Shown here one piece after another: positions 1-9,632 of a stretch of DNA of 52,458 bases (position 1 is its first letter; each line of letters begins with the position of its first letter). The stretch lies in the NCBI GenBank assembly GCA_905234355.1, contig CAJOHP010000001.1, forward strand, positions 1 to 52,458, written 5' to 3'. This DNA is from an uncultured Prevotella sp. GTDB taxonomy: Bacteria > Bacteroidota > Bacteroidia > Bacteroidales > Bacteroidaceae. Made by a program: the position numbers and the translations under genes. Below the pieces are notes generated by a model that was not told the DNA's origin, ran no database searches, and was given only the letters and a program-made list of their open reading frames with translations.

Positions 1-1
1 C

Positions 2-679
2 AGCATCTACACGCGATACGACAAGTTCGGCTTCGACTTCTACCTCGTCGACACCGCTGGCATACGCCGAAAGAACAAGGTGCAGGAAGACCTCGAGTTC
101 TACAGCGTGATGCGCTCCATACGGGCCATCGAGAACAGCGACGTCTGCATCCTGATGATCGACGCCACGCGAGGCATCGAGGCCCAGGACATGAATATCT
201 TCCAGCTCATACAGAAGAACCAGAAGAGCCTGGTCGTCGTGGTCAACAAGTGGGACCTCGTGGAAGACAAGTCGCAGGTGGTCATCGACACCTTCGAACA
301 GGCCATACGCCAGCGCATGGCACCCTTCACCGACTTCCCCATCATCTTCGCCTCGGCACTGACCAAGCAGCGCATCTTCCGCGTGCTCGAGACCGCCAAG
401 CAGGTCTATCTCAACCGCAAGGCACGCATCGGAACCACCAAGCTCAACGAGGTGATGCTGCCTCTCATCGAGGCCACGCCCCCGCCAAGCATCAAGGGAA
501 AGTACATCAAGATAAAATATGTGAGCCAGGTGCCCGACACGAAGATTCCCACCTTCATCTTCTACGCCAACCTGCCGCAGTATGTGAAGGAACCCTACAA
601 GCGGTTTCTCGAGAACAAGATACGCGAGAACTGGTCGCTCACCGGCTCGCCCATCAATATATTCATCCGCCAAAAGTGA
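2..679 (+). CDS. der: Ribosome biogenesis GTPase Der/EngA, C-terminal part (5' truncated by the window edge)
   Basis: The frame is open from base 2 ([10 protein letters not shown]...[10 protein letters not shown]). It has G3 DTAG, G4 NKWD and SA motifs and a KH-like tail ([11 protein letters not shown]...GSPI). Confidence 0.96.
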   Translation, partial: SIYTRYDKFGFDFYLVDTAGIRRKNKVQEDLEFYSVMRSIRAIENSDVCILMIDATRGIEAQDMNIFQLIQKNQKSLVVVVNKWDLVEDKSQVVIDTFEQAIRQRMAPFTDFPIIFASALTKQRIFRVLETAKQVYLNRKARIGTTKLNEVMLPLIEATPPPSIKGKYIKIKYVSQVPDTKIPTFIFYANLPQYVKEPYKRFLENKIRENWSLTGSPINIFIRQK

Positions 680-685
680 GCGTGC

Positions 686-1105
686 ATGAATATCTTTTGT
701 CGCATCACCACGCTCGCCGTCGTGGCTGTCATGGCCGCAGGCTGTAGCAGCCCCGACCCTGCCGAGCAGGAGCGCATGGCACGTGAGGCTGCCGTAAAGA
801 CGGTCAGCGAGGCCTATTCCCATCTGCTCGTGGGCGACTACGACCATTTCATCGCCCTGCGAGCCGGCACCGACAGCCTGCCGCGGGCCTACCGCAGCCA
901 GATGGCCACCGCCTACAAGCAGTTCATGGCCCAGCAGCAGACCGACCGGGGGGGGCTGCGCTCGTTCGAGATGATGGGTGCACAGCGCGACTCCGCCCTC
1001 GGCGTCATGCAGGTGTTTCTCCTCCTGCGCTATGGCGACCACACCACCGAGGAGGTCGTGGTGCCCGTCATTGAGCAGGCCCAAGGACAGTGGCGCATGA
1101 AGTAA
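686..1105 (+). CDS. Small lipoprotein of unknown function
   Basis: Signal peptide II with lipobox (VMAAG-C); host-like codon usage; starts 6 nt after the der stop. Confidence 0.8.
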   Translation: MNIFCRITTLAVVAVMAAGCSSPDPAEQERMAREAAVKTVSEAYSHLLVGDYDHFIALRAGTDSLPRAYRSQMATAYKQFMAQQQTDRGGLRSFEMMGAQRDSALGVMQVFLLLRYGDHTTEEVVVPVIEQAQGQWRMK

Positions 1106-1110
1106 TGGAC

Positions 1111-1140
1111 ACGAGCGGCGTATGGAGCGCCGCTCGTTTA
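1111..1140 (+). terminator. Perfect 10-bp GC-rich hairpin, likely terminator of the der operon
   Basis: ACGAGCGGCG (1111-1120) pairs with CGCCGCTCGT (1128-1137). Only a short T run follows. Confidence 0.5.
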
Positions 1141-1271
1141 CCCCCTAAACGACCCCCGTCTACCCCCTAAACGCACGCTCGCTACCCCCTAGCCGAGGCT
1201 CCGCTAGGGGGTAAACGCGCCTCGTTTATGGGGTAAACCGTGACCGTCGGAGCCCTCACTCCATGTCTCGC
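1135..1271. repeat. Five-unit, 22-bp-period palindromic array (C5/G5 type), copy A, plus conserved tail
   Basis: TACCCCCTA at 1139, 1161 and 1183, TAGGGGGTA at 1205, TATGGGGTA at 1227. The tail CCGTGACC...GGAGCCCTCAC...GTCTCGC is shared with the copy at 18044. Confidence 0.9.
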
Positions 1272-1588
1272 TATTCATCCACATATTTTATTACCTTTGC
1301 ACCCCTGTGCGTCACCGTCCCTACATAGGAAGTCGCATCGTTTGTTCGTGTGGGACGGATAAAATTTCTTTATAAATCCCATTGTCTTTCTCTTGTTCCG
1401 CTGTGTGCCGAATGTCTCTTCTTGTGGCGTTTGGCACGACAGCACTGTGCTTGTCATGCCAGTCTGTCGTGACCCTATGTGGCACTTTGCAGGGCGCTAG
1501 ACTTTCAAAATCTACAAAAATAGTTGCAAATTCAACAAAAACATGGATTTATAATGGATTTTATAATGTTTTTTTAAGAAAAAATGAC

Positions 1589-1596
1589 TATATTTG
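1589..1596 (+). promoter_or_regulatory. Bacteroidetes sigma-A -7 box for the accessory hydrolase/RND locus
   Basis: TATATTTG(C) matches TAnnTTTG in AT-rich DNA ~110 nt upstream of ATG 1709. Confidence 0.55.
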
Positions 1597-1708
1597 CACA
1601 CTGATAAATCTGTCAACCATAATATATATGCGCATGCGCGATATGAGGCCTTGACTTATTTGTTGAAGCTAAACAGAGATAATAAGAAGACAAAAATATT
1701 ACGAAACA

Positions 1709-3265
1709 ATGACAAAACCGATGTTATGGGTGCTCGCCGCCACCCTCGTCAGCGGCATGGCAAGTCTCAGTTCTTGTCACAGCGATCCCTATTATGCAGA
1801 GTCTCTCATCCCGCAGGACAACTCAGGTAATCCTGCCGACGGTCAGGGCAGCGATGGTCAGGACAGCAGCGACCCGGCCACCGACTCCTTGGTGCAGGCA
1901 CATACGCTGGTGACCGTGCTGAAAAACGAGGGCTACACACCCGAAGAGTTTGTAGCTCACCTCGGCGCGCCGTCGTTTTCTGCCATGACGGCTGGCATCT
2001 CGCCCCAGATCAACGCCATTGCCAAGAGCATGGCCATGAGCAAGCTGCAGACCCATCTGCCCACGCTCGACAAGATGTTTGCCGACGAGGTGGGCATCGA
2101 GGGCGACGGCACCCGCCGCTGGCACATCGAGTCATACACCTTCACCTACCGCAGCCAGAGTGTCGACGGGCAGGAGCAGGTGCTCTCGGGCCGTGTCACC
2201 TTCCCCAACAACAAGGTGAGCGGCACGCCACACCAGGTGAAGAGCCTCTCGCTGCATACCCATCAGGCGCTGATGGGCGCCGACTGGGCCCCGTCGGAAA
2301 ATCTGATGCTCATGCCGCTGCGCACGCTCTGGAACTCAGCTGTTATCGAGCCCGACTTCCAGAACTACGGTGTGGGCCACGGCGTGCTGCCCGACGGCAA
2401 CGGGTCGCCCAAGGGCCTGTCGCGCCAGCTGACCGACTGCACGCTGGCTGCCCTCGAGGTGATGCGCCTGCACGGCGTGTCGCTGGCCGACGACGGCTAC
2501 ACCACCAGCTGGGGCAGCTCGCAGACTGCGGCTGTGCCCCTGCTCTTTGCCAAGTACTACGAGACCGAGGCGCCCGAGTGGTTCCGCAAGGCTGTGCGCC
2601 TGCACTCCACCTACGTGGGCGAGGGACCGCTCGACCTGAGCGATGCTGTGCCCAACTACTACTGCAAGCATCCTGAGCACTTCAGGTTCAGCTACTTCTA
2701 TGTGGCTGGCTATCTGTCGGGCTTCTCTGCCCAGCAGCTGGGCGGCTATCAGGCTGCCGAACTGCTGGCACCATGGCTCAGCACCACCCACGTGACCGTC
2801 GATGGAAAGGACTACACCTTCCTTGACGCCATTGCCAAGGCGCTCATCTCTGCCAGCCATCCTGCCAGACCAGAGCTCAAAACGCTCGACCAGGTCATCT
2901 CGCCCGACATGGTCACCCCCGACGGACAGCTCGACCAGAACAGTCCCAAGACGCAGGCCTTCCTCGCCTGCCTGAAGGCGGCCGGCAACCTGGACAACTG
3001 GGCTCCGAAGCTGCCTATATACATTGGTCACAGCCCCGAAGACCCCGCACTGCCCCACGAGTATTCCTACCGCGTCTACCAGAAGCTGAGCAACAACGGG
3101 CAGAACCCTCAGGTGCACATGCTCGACGTGCGCAACACCGGACAGCTCTCGGCCGTGCTCGGCGATGCCGCAAGCATGCACGGACTCATCTCCATACTGA
3201 TGCTGCTCAATATGTCGTGCGTGGAGTTGCCGGCCGACATGGCCACGGTCTATACCGAAGAGTAG
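1709..3265 (+). CDS. Lipoprotein alpha/beta-hydrolase (secretory lipase-like), paralog 1
   Basis: Lipobox (SLSS-C); LSGRVTFP; PDFQNYG; WGSSQTA elbow; HSPED (Asp); C-terminal SMHG (His). Confidence 0.72.
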   Translation: MTKPMLWVLAATLVSGMASLSSCHSDPYYAESLIPQDNSGNPADGQGSDGQDSSDPATDSLVQAHTLVTVLKNEGYTPEEFVAHLGAPSFSAMTAGISPQINAIAKSMAMSKLQTHLPTLDKMFADEVGIEGDGTRRWHIESYTFTYRSQSVDGQEQVLSGRVTFPNNKVSGTPHQVKSLSLHTHQALMGADWAPSENLMLMPLRTLWNSAVIEPDFQNYGVGHGVLPDGNGSPKGLSRQLTDCTLAALEVMRLHGVSLADDGYTTSWGSSQTAAVPLLFAKYYETEAPEWFRKAVRLHSTYVGEGPLDLSDAVPNYYCKHPEHFRFSYFYVAGYLSGFSAQQLGGYQAAELLAPWLSTTHVTVDGKDYTFLDAIAKALISASHPARPELKTLDQVISPDMVTPDGQLDQNSPKTQAFLACLKAAGNLDNWAPKLPIYIGHSPEDPALPHEYSYRVYQKLSNNGQNPQVHMLDVRNTGQLSAVLGDAASMHGLISILMLLNMSCVELPADMATVYTEE

Positions 3266-3306
3266 CGCGTGAGGACATAGTATAACAAAAAACGACTTGA
3301 AGAGAT

Positions 3307-4827
3307 ATGAAGACAAGATTTCTTTTGAGCGGTCTGATGGCTGTGGCGGCCCTGACGATGACATCGTGCGACAACGACGAGGTCGACATCAGCTACACGC
3401 AGCAAGGCCCGTCGGCGACAGGTGCCGATGCGCGAGGCAAGCTCGTCAGCGTGCTGAAGAGCGATAACTACTCGCCCGACGAGTTTATGGATGCCGTCAT
3501 GCCCCGTGCGGTGTTCAAGGCCCTCGGCACGTGGGTGCCCGACCTGCACCCCCTCGTCGAGACCGTGTCGCGGGTGAAGCTGGCACCGCAGCTGGCCAAG
3601 CTCGACCGGCAGTTCTGCACCGAACTGGGGCAGCGCCTGCCCGTGCACCGCAAGTGGCAGATCGAGAGCCACGTGTTCAGCTATATCACCACGGCCAGCA
3701 ACGGTGCCGAGGTGGTGCTCTCGGGGCGCGTCACCTTCCCCAACAATATGGTGGACGGCACCGACCACGAGGTGCAGACGCTCTCGCTCTTCACACATCC
3801 TGCCGTCGCCGCAGTGCAGTGGCAGCCTTCCGAGGAGATAGGCCTCATCTGCCTGCGTGCCATGCAGAACTCCGCCGTCATAGAGCCCGACCTGCAGGGC
3901 TTCGGCGTGGATTATGAAAAGAACTACCTGTCTGTGCTGTCCACCGCCGCACTCTCGCGCCAGATGGCCGACTGCGCCACTGCCGCCATCAAGCTGATGG
4001 CCCAGCGCGGCGTGCGCCTGGCACCCGACGGCTACACCACCAGCTGGGGAGGCTCGCTACTGGCTGGCACCACCATAGCGTTCCAGCAATACTACGAGAC
4101 GCAGGCTCCCGACGCGTTTCGCAAGGCACTCAACCTGAAGTCTACCTTTGTGGCAACAAACATCAGGGAGGAGCTGAGCGCCGTCATGACCAGCCTGCAG
4201 ACGAGCGACATCTCGTCGTTTCTCATGAACTATACCATACTGCTGCGCAACCTCAACGCCCTCTCGCCGGCACAGGCCCGGGGCTACCGCGTCAGCGACT
4301 TCCTCTCGGAGCGCGCTATGAGCGAGCCACTGGTCATCAACGGCGAGAAGGCCACGGTCTATGAGTATGTGACCAAGGTGCAGGCCCTATATCCGCAGAT
4401 TGTAAAGAGCGAGCAACTGTCGGCCCAATGGCACGTCGCCGACCTCGTGCCTGCCGACATGCTCACTGCTGCCGGCGCCTTCAGCCCCAACTGCCCTAAG
4501 ATGGGCGCGCTCAGGGAGATACTCGCCTCGGCCGGCATGCCACAAGGATACAAGCCACAGCTGCCACTCTACCTTTGCCAGAACGACAACGACAAGTTCT
4601 GCCCCCAAAAAGACTTTGACAGCTACTGCAACATCCTGAGCCAAGGCGGCACCAACCCCTGCGTGCACAAGGGCATCATCCCCCTCTCCGGACTGACGCT
4701 GAAGGCTGGAGAGCGAATGGGCATGGGCACCATCCATTTTGCCTCCTATGCTGTCGCCTTGCTTGAGATGTCTACCGCAGAGACTGCAGAAGAGATATAC
4801 AATAGATTTAATAAGAGTAATAGGTAA
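3307..4827 (+). CDS. Lipoprotein alpha/beta-hydrolase (secretory lipase-like), paralog 2
   Basis: Lipobox (TMTS-C-DNDE, acidic surface-export-like signal); LSGRVTFP; PDLQGFG; WGGSLLA; QNDND; TIHF. Confidence 0.72.
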   Translation: MKTRFLLSGLMAVAALTMTSCDNDEVDISYTQQGPSATGADARGKLVSVLKSDNYSPDEFMDAVMPRAVFKALGTWVPDLHPLVETVSRVKLAPQLAKLDRQFCTELGQRLPVHRKWQIESHVFSYITTASNGAEVVLSGRVTFPNNMVDGTDHEVQTLSLFTHPAVAAVQWQPSEEIGLICLRAMQNSAVIEPDLQGFGVDYEKNYLSVLSTAALSRQMADCATAAIKLMAQRGVRLAPDGYTTSWGGSLLAGTTIAFQQYYETQAPDAFRKALNLKSTFVATNIREELSAVMTSLQTSDISSFLMNYTILLRNLNALSPAQARGYRVSDFLSERAMSEPLVINGEKATVYEYVTKVQALYPQIVKSEQLSAQWHVADLVPADMLTAAGAFSPNCPKMGALREILASAGMPQGYKPQLPLYLCQNDNDKFCPQKDFDSYCNILSQGGTNPCVHKGIIPLSGLTLKAGERMGMGTIHFASYAVALLEMSTAETAEEIYNRFNKSNR

Positions 4828-4882
4828 TACGACGCTCTCATGAGGTAAGATCATTGCCTTCGGGATATACACACTAAAGACT

Positions 4883-6703
4883 ATGCAGAATCAAAACATT
4901 ATCGCCAGACCTTCGGAAGAGATGCGATGGAAAAAGTACTACACGAAGGGCTATGAGGAAATCCTGTCGCAGGAGCTTCCCAAGGAGACACTATGGAAAT
5001 ATATAGAGCGCGGCCTGCTCAACGACCACGACCGTCACGACGCACTGTCATACCTCGGCCGCAGAGTGAGCCGCAGTGAGTTCATCGAGCAGGTACACAC
5101 GTGGGGCCGCGTAATCAAAGGCATGGGTCTGGGCAAGGACGACGAACTGCTCATCTTCGGCCCTACGCTGCCCGAATTTGTCTACATCATGCTGGCTGCC
5201 AACATGGTGGGCGTGACCACCAATCTGCCCAACCTCATGGCCAGCTCCGAAGCCCTCGACTATATGGTGGGCAAGAGTCGCGTGGCCTTCGTCTTCGACG
5301 GGCTCGAGCACATGCTCACCAAGACCCTTGCCCGACAGCAGTTTGAACATGTGGTCGTCGTCTCGGCCACACGCTCCATGGGCTATCCGCTCAAACTCAT
5401 TGCAGCTCCGCTGAACAACCTGAAGCACTACGCCAGCCGCCACCGGCCCAAGTACATCACGGCCGACGAGGCCATCAGACGCTTCGGCCACTACGACGGC
5501 CCGCTGGAGGCCCCCGACGAAGAGGGAAAGACATCCTACATCTTCTGCTCCTCGGGCACGTCGAAGAGAGGACGAGCACACCAGATAGGCATGAGCAACA
5601 AGGCCATGATCAGCATGTTTCGCGATGCACTGGCCTTCAATCACATAGGCCATCCCTTTCAGGAGGGCTACAAGTCCTACTGCCCGCTGCCGCCCTTCGT
5701 ATGCACAGGCTATTTCGTGCTCGTGCTGGCACCGCTCCTGCTCGGCATGACTGTCTACATAGACCCACGTCTCTCGGCCGAGCAGTTTGCCAAGAATGTG
5801 ATGACCATGCGACCACAGGTCACGCTCATCCCAGGACACTTCTGGGTCTACTTCTTCCAGCAGGTCGAGGACCTCATCAAGGCCGGAAAGCGCCCCGACC
5901 TCAGCTTCTTCTCCTTCCCCATCATGGGAGGCGAGGGCTGCACACCCGAGGCGCTGCGACACATCAACGAACTCTTGCGCGAGTGCGGCAGCCCCATTGC
6001 CCTCTCCTTGGGCTACGGACTGACCGAGACCTTCTCCGTGGCAACGGTCGACTACCAGCCGGGCGTCTACGACAAGGACTACTCCAGGCTCGCCGTCAGC
6101 GTGGGATATGTCTTCCCAGGAGTCACCGTGGGCATCTTCGACGAGCAGGGCAACGAGCTGGGCTACAACCAGCGCGGCGAGGTGTGGATCAAGACGCCCT
6201 CGATGAGCACTGGCTACGTGGGCGACCCTGAACTCACCAAGGCCACCTTCAAGGACGGATGGATGCACACCAAGGACCTGGGCGAGCTCAGCGACGATGG
6301 CATGCTCTATGTCTATGGACGCATGGTACAGCATGTCGTGTCGCCTGATGGCGAGAAGGTCTATCTCTTCGACATCGCCAACGACCTGCGCCAGGACCCG
6401 GCCGTGAAGGCAAGCCTGGCATGCACGCTCGAGATGGAGCATGGCGACGGACCGCTGGTGGCACACATCGTGCTGGAAGACCACAACAACGAGAGCCACG
6501 AGCAGATCATCTGCCGGCTGGACCGACGCATGAAGCGGCTGCTGCCCAAGGGCGTCAGCATAGAGGGCTACAGCCTGGACCACGGACAGCTCAAGTCCAT
6601 CATGGTGGGAAAGACTGACCGCCACTACTACCGCAAGAAGTTCACCGGATACTATGTGCCGCAGGACGGAAAGCTCAAGGAGGTGATGTTTGCAGAAGGC
6701 TGA
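4883..6703 (+). CDS. ANL-superfamily adenylate-forming enzyme (acyl-CoA synthetase-like)
   Basis: P-loop-like IFCSSGTS; MGGE; GYGLTE; GEVWIK.P....GY; GWMHTKDLG; YVYGR; terminal VGKTDR. Confidence 0.85.
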   Translation: MQNQNIIARPSEEMRWKKYYTKGYEEILSQELPKETLWKYIERGLLNDHDRHDALSYLGRRVSRSEFIEQVHTWGRVIKGMGLGKDDELLIFGPTLPEFVYIMLAANMVGVTTNLPNLMASSEALDYMVGKSRVAFVFDGLEHMLTKTLARQQFEHVVVVSATRSMGYPLKLIAAPLNNLKHYASRHRPKYITADEAIRRFGHYDGPLEAPDEEGKTSYIFCSSGTSKRGRAHQIGMSNKAMISMFRDALAFNHIGHPFQEGYKSYCPLPPFVCTGYFVLVLAPLLLGMTVYIDPRLSAEQFAKNVMTMRPQVTLIPGHFWVYFFQQVEDLIKAGKRPDLSFFSFPIMGGEGCTPEALRHINELLRECGSPIALSLGYGLTETFSVATVDYQPGVYDKDYSRLAVSVGYVFPGVTVGIFDEQGNELGYNQRGEVWIKTPSMSTGYVGDPELTKATFKDGWMHTKDLGELSDDGMLYVYGRMVQHVVSPDGEKVYLFDIANDLRQDPAVKASLACTLEMEHGDGPLVAHIVLEDHNNESHEQIICRLDRRMKRLLPKGVSIEGYSLDHGQLKSIMVGKTDRHYYRKKFTGYYVPQDGKLKEVMFAEG

Positions 6704-6765
6704 TTCGACGCGCGTACATTATTATATTATATATACTGTTGTTTTATAAAAAAACTATTAACGCT

Positions 6766-8058
6766 ATGAAACAGAACTATCTTTCGCTCCTCTTCGCAGG
6801 AGCAGTGGCTGCCGGCACGCTGAGCGTGACCTCGTGCAGCAGCGACGACGACCAGTTGGCCGAGGCTTCGCAGCCCGCCACCGAAGTGGCCACACCCGAC
6901 TACCAGCAGGTGCTCGCCGACGCCACCAGCCAGCTCGGCCAGGAGCTGTCGGCGCTCAACATGGACAATCTGGCGCCGCTGACACGCGCCATCAACGACG
7001 GATGCGAATGCGACTGCGGCTGCGACTGCTGCCAGGACGACAGCACCGGTGCTGACGCCGATGCCGACGAGCAGTGCGACCACAAGAAGTTTACTGAGGT
7101 GCTCAAGGAGCTGCTCAACAACATGAGCACCGACTTCAGCCGCGAGAAGCCCTTCATGCGCTCCTATGCCTTCGAGGACATGATGAAGCTGCTGAAGCTC
7201 ACCTGGACCGCTGCAGGCTACAACGGCTATGGACGTGAGAACGGTGAGTTCTATCTGGACGGCGTGGACGGCCACACCCTCACATGCGAGTATGTCACAC
7301 CCGACAGCACCAATATCTACAAGGCTACTGCCTCTGTGGCTGTCATGGGCACAGCGAAGGCCCTCACTACCGACAAGACCGTCAGCCGCCTGCTGACCAT
7401 CGAGAAGAACGACTCTACCGTGCTCCGCGTCCTGGTGACCAACACCAAGGGCGAGCAGCGCGTGCTCCCCTTCCTGCCCGACAGAGTCGTGGAGCACACC
7501 GGAGCCGTCACCATCAACGGCATGAAGGTGGCACTCGACATCGACGACAGTAAGCGCCACGAACACGGACTGAAGCTCACCGTCTCGAAGGAGAGCGACA
7601 GCACGCCCCTGGTCGAGATGACCTCTACGCTCACCGACAACAACACGTTCATCAACAGGCTGAAGAACGACGTCGTCTACAGTTCCGACTACAACCTCAG
7701 TCTGCTGGGAGGCACCGTCGCCATCAGCGGAAAGTTGAACAATGTCAACGCATATCTTGGCTCCGTGCCTGTACTGAGGGCCATCTACAAGCATGGCGCC
7801 AACGGCGAGGTGTGCAAGAACGCTGCCACCAAGTTCAACCAGAACTTCGACATCGAGTTGATCGTGGCAGGAAGCAACATCGGCAAGATCATCCTGCTGC
7901 CCGTCTATGACAGCGAGAAGAACAACTACACCCTGGAGATGTTCATCGACTCGCCGCTGCTGGGTCAGAATCCAGCCAGCCTGAGCAACATACTCGCCAA
8001 CCTCGGCTTTACGGTCAAGGGCATCCTCGACATGATCAAGGGTGACGCAGAGGCATAA
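6766..8058 (+). CDS. Lipoprotein of unknown function with a Cys/Asp-rich N-terminal insert
   Basis: ATG 6766 (MKQNYLSLL...) is preferred over TTG 6739. Lipobox SVTS-C-SSDDD; CECDCGCDCC segment. Confidence 0.8.
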   Translation: MKQNYLSLLFAGAVAAGTLSVTSCSSDDDQLAEASQPATEVATPDYQQVLADATSQLGQELSALNMDNLAPLTRAINDGCECDCGCDCCQDDSTGADADADEQCDHKKFTEVLKELLNNMSTDFSREKPFMRSYAFEDMMKLLKLTWTAAGYNGYGRENGEFYLDGVDGHTLTCEYVTPDSTNIYKATASVAVMGTAKALTTDKTVSRLLTIEKNDSTVLRVLVTNTKGEQRVLPFLPDRVVEHTGAVTINGMKVALDIDDSKRHEHGLKLTVSKESDSTPLVEMTSTLTDNNTFINRLKNDVVYSSDYNLSLLGGTVAISGKLNNVNAYLGSVPVLRAIYKHGANGEVCKNAATKFNQNFDIELIVAGSNIGKIILLPVYDSEKNNYTLEMFIDSPLLGQNPASLSNILANLGFTVKGILDMIKGDAEA

Positions 8059-8168
8059 GCACCGGCATAGCGGACGACCGCGCAGGTCGCTTCAGACAAC
8101 CCCATCTATTCAAACCAAACCGTGGGAATGAACAGAACCCACCTTTAACAAAACATCCAGAACAGAAA

Positions 8169-9608
8169 ATGCCGGGAACATTTCCTCTTAAACGATTATT
8201 CCCTCTACTGTCTTTGGCTTTGCTGGCCGTCAGTCCTTCGGGACTGTCGGCTCAGCGGGCCTTATCGCTCGACGACTGTGTGCAGATGGCCCTGCGGTCC
8301 AACAAAGACATCGAGGCCGCCCAGCACCTGCAGCGCAAGTACGAGCATGAACGCCGGGCGCTGAGAGCCAACTTCTTCCCCATCATCGAGGCCAGCGCGA
8401 CCGACGTCTACAGCACTTTCGAAAAGAGCCGCACTGTCGACTTAGCGTCGCCCGTGGGGCAATACATCGGCCAGAGGCTGCACACACGCCTGCCGTGGCT
8501 CATCGGCCCCGCATGGCAGCAGCGCATCGCCTCGGGCGTCACCAGCAAGCTGCTGCCGCTGAACCCTGTCATCGACATGAAGATGGGCAACATCTTCATG
8601 GCCGACGTCACCCTGACACAGCCTCTCTATATGGGCGGCAAGATCAGTGCTGGCTACCACATAGGCACATTGGGAGCTAGGATGGCGGCACTGGGCCAGG
8701 AGCTCACACGAGAGCAGACCATCGTGTCGGTGCACGAGGCCTACTTGCTGCTGGTCAAGGCCAAGGAGCTGCACGTCGTGGCACTGAAGTATGACTCGCT
8801 GCTGCAGAAACTCACCGACGACGTGGCCAGCGCCCGCAGCCATGGCATGGTGAGCAACAACGAGGTGATGAAAGTGCGGGTGAAGAAAAGCGAGGCCGAG
8901 CTGAAAGTGACGCAGGCCAGCAACGGCATACGACTGGCACGCATGAACCTCTGCCAGGTGATCGGACTGCCCACCGATGCCCTCATCGACGTCAGGCCCG
9001 ACGACATCGGCGACGCTGACTTTACAGCCGACCCCTGTGCCACCATTGAGGGGCGCACCGAGACACAGTTGCTCGATCTCAAGACCGAGCTTGCCCGACA
9101 GCAGGTGAAGCTGGAGCGCTCGGCCATGCTGCCACAGCTCGGACTCATAGCCGGTGCCCGCGTGCTCGACGGCATAAAGCTGGCCGGAGAGAAATTCCTC
9201 AGTCACAACCTGATGTTCGACGTGGGCGTCTCGCTCAAGATTCCTATCTTCAATGGCGGTCAGCACTACAACAAGATGCAGGCGGCCAAAGAGGAGCTCG
9301 AGCGCTCGCGGCTGGAGAGGGAAAGCCTCAGCGAAAAGATGAACCTCGAGCTACAGCAGCAGGCCAACGAGGCCGAAGAGGCAGGACTCGAGGTGAAGAT
9401 GCGCCGGCGCAGCCTCGAGCAGTGTGCCGAGAACCTGCGCATGAGCCGAAAGGCATATAGCGTGGGTTACGAGACGCTCTCCGAACTGCTCACGGCACAG
9501 CTGCTATGGCAGCAGGCCTATGCCGAACTGGTAGAGGCTAAGTATCAGCAGAACATCAAGATAGTGAAGTGGCAGAAAGCCGCCGGAAGATTAGGACTAT
9601 ATTACTAA
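8169..9608 (+). CDS. TolC-family outer membrane efflux protein
   Basis: Signal peptide; LSLDDCVQMAL, ANFFP, LTQPLYMGGK, AMLPQL and LKIPIFNGG repeats typical of outer membrane efflux proteins. Confidence 0.9.
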   Translation: MPGTFPLKRLFPLLSLALLAVSPSGLSAQRALSLDDCVQMALRSNKDIEAAQHLQRKYEHERRALRANFFPIIEASATDVYSTFEKSRTVDLASPVGQYIGQRLHTRLPWLIGPAWQQRIASGVTSKLLPLNPVIDMKMGNIFMADVTLTQPLYMGGKISAGYHIGTLGARMAALGQELTREQTIVSVHEAYLLLVKAKELHVVALKYDSLLQKLTDDVASARSHGMVSNNEVMKVRVKKSEAELKVTQASNGIRLARMNLCQVIGLPTDALIDVRPDDIGDADFTADPCATIEGRTETQLLDLKTELARQQVKLERSAMLPQLGLIAGARVLDGIKLAGEKFLSHNLMFDVGVSLKIPIFNGGQHYNKMQAAKEELERSRLERESLSEKMNLELQQQANEAEEAGLEVKMRRRSLEQCAENLRMSRKAYSVGYETLSELLTAQLLWQQAYAELVEAKYQQNIKIVKWQKAAGRLGLYY

Positions 9609-9632
9609 TACATCAACAACATAAAGTTTTTT

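Noticed and set aside
1135-1240. 22-bp arrays as mini-CRISPRs
   Set aside because: Variable segments are only about 5-7 nt, the units invert within the array, and no cas genes are present.
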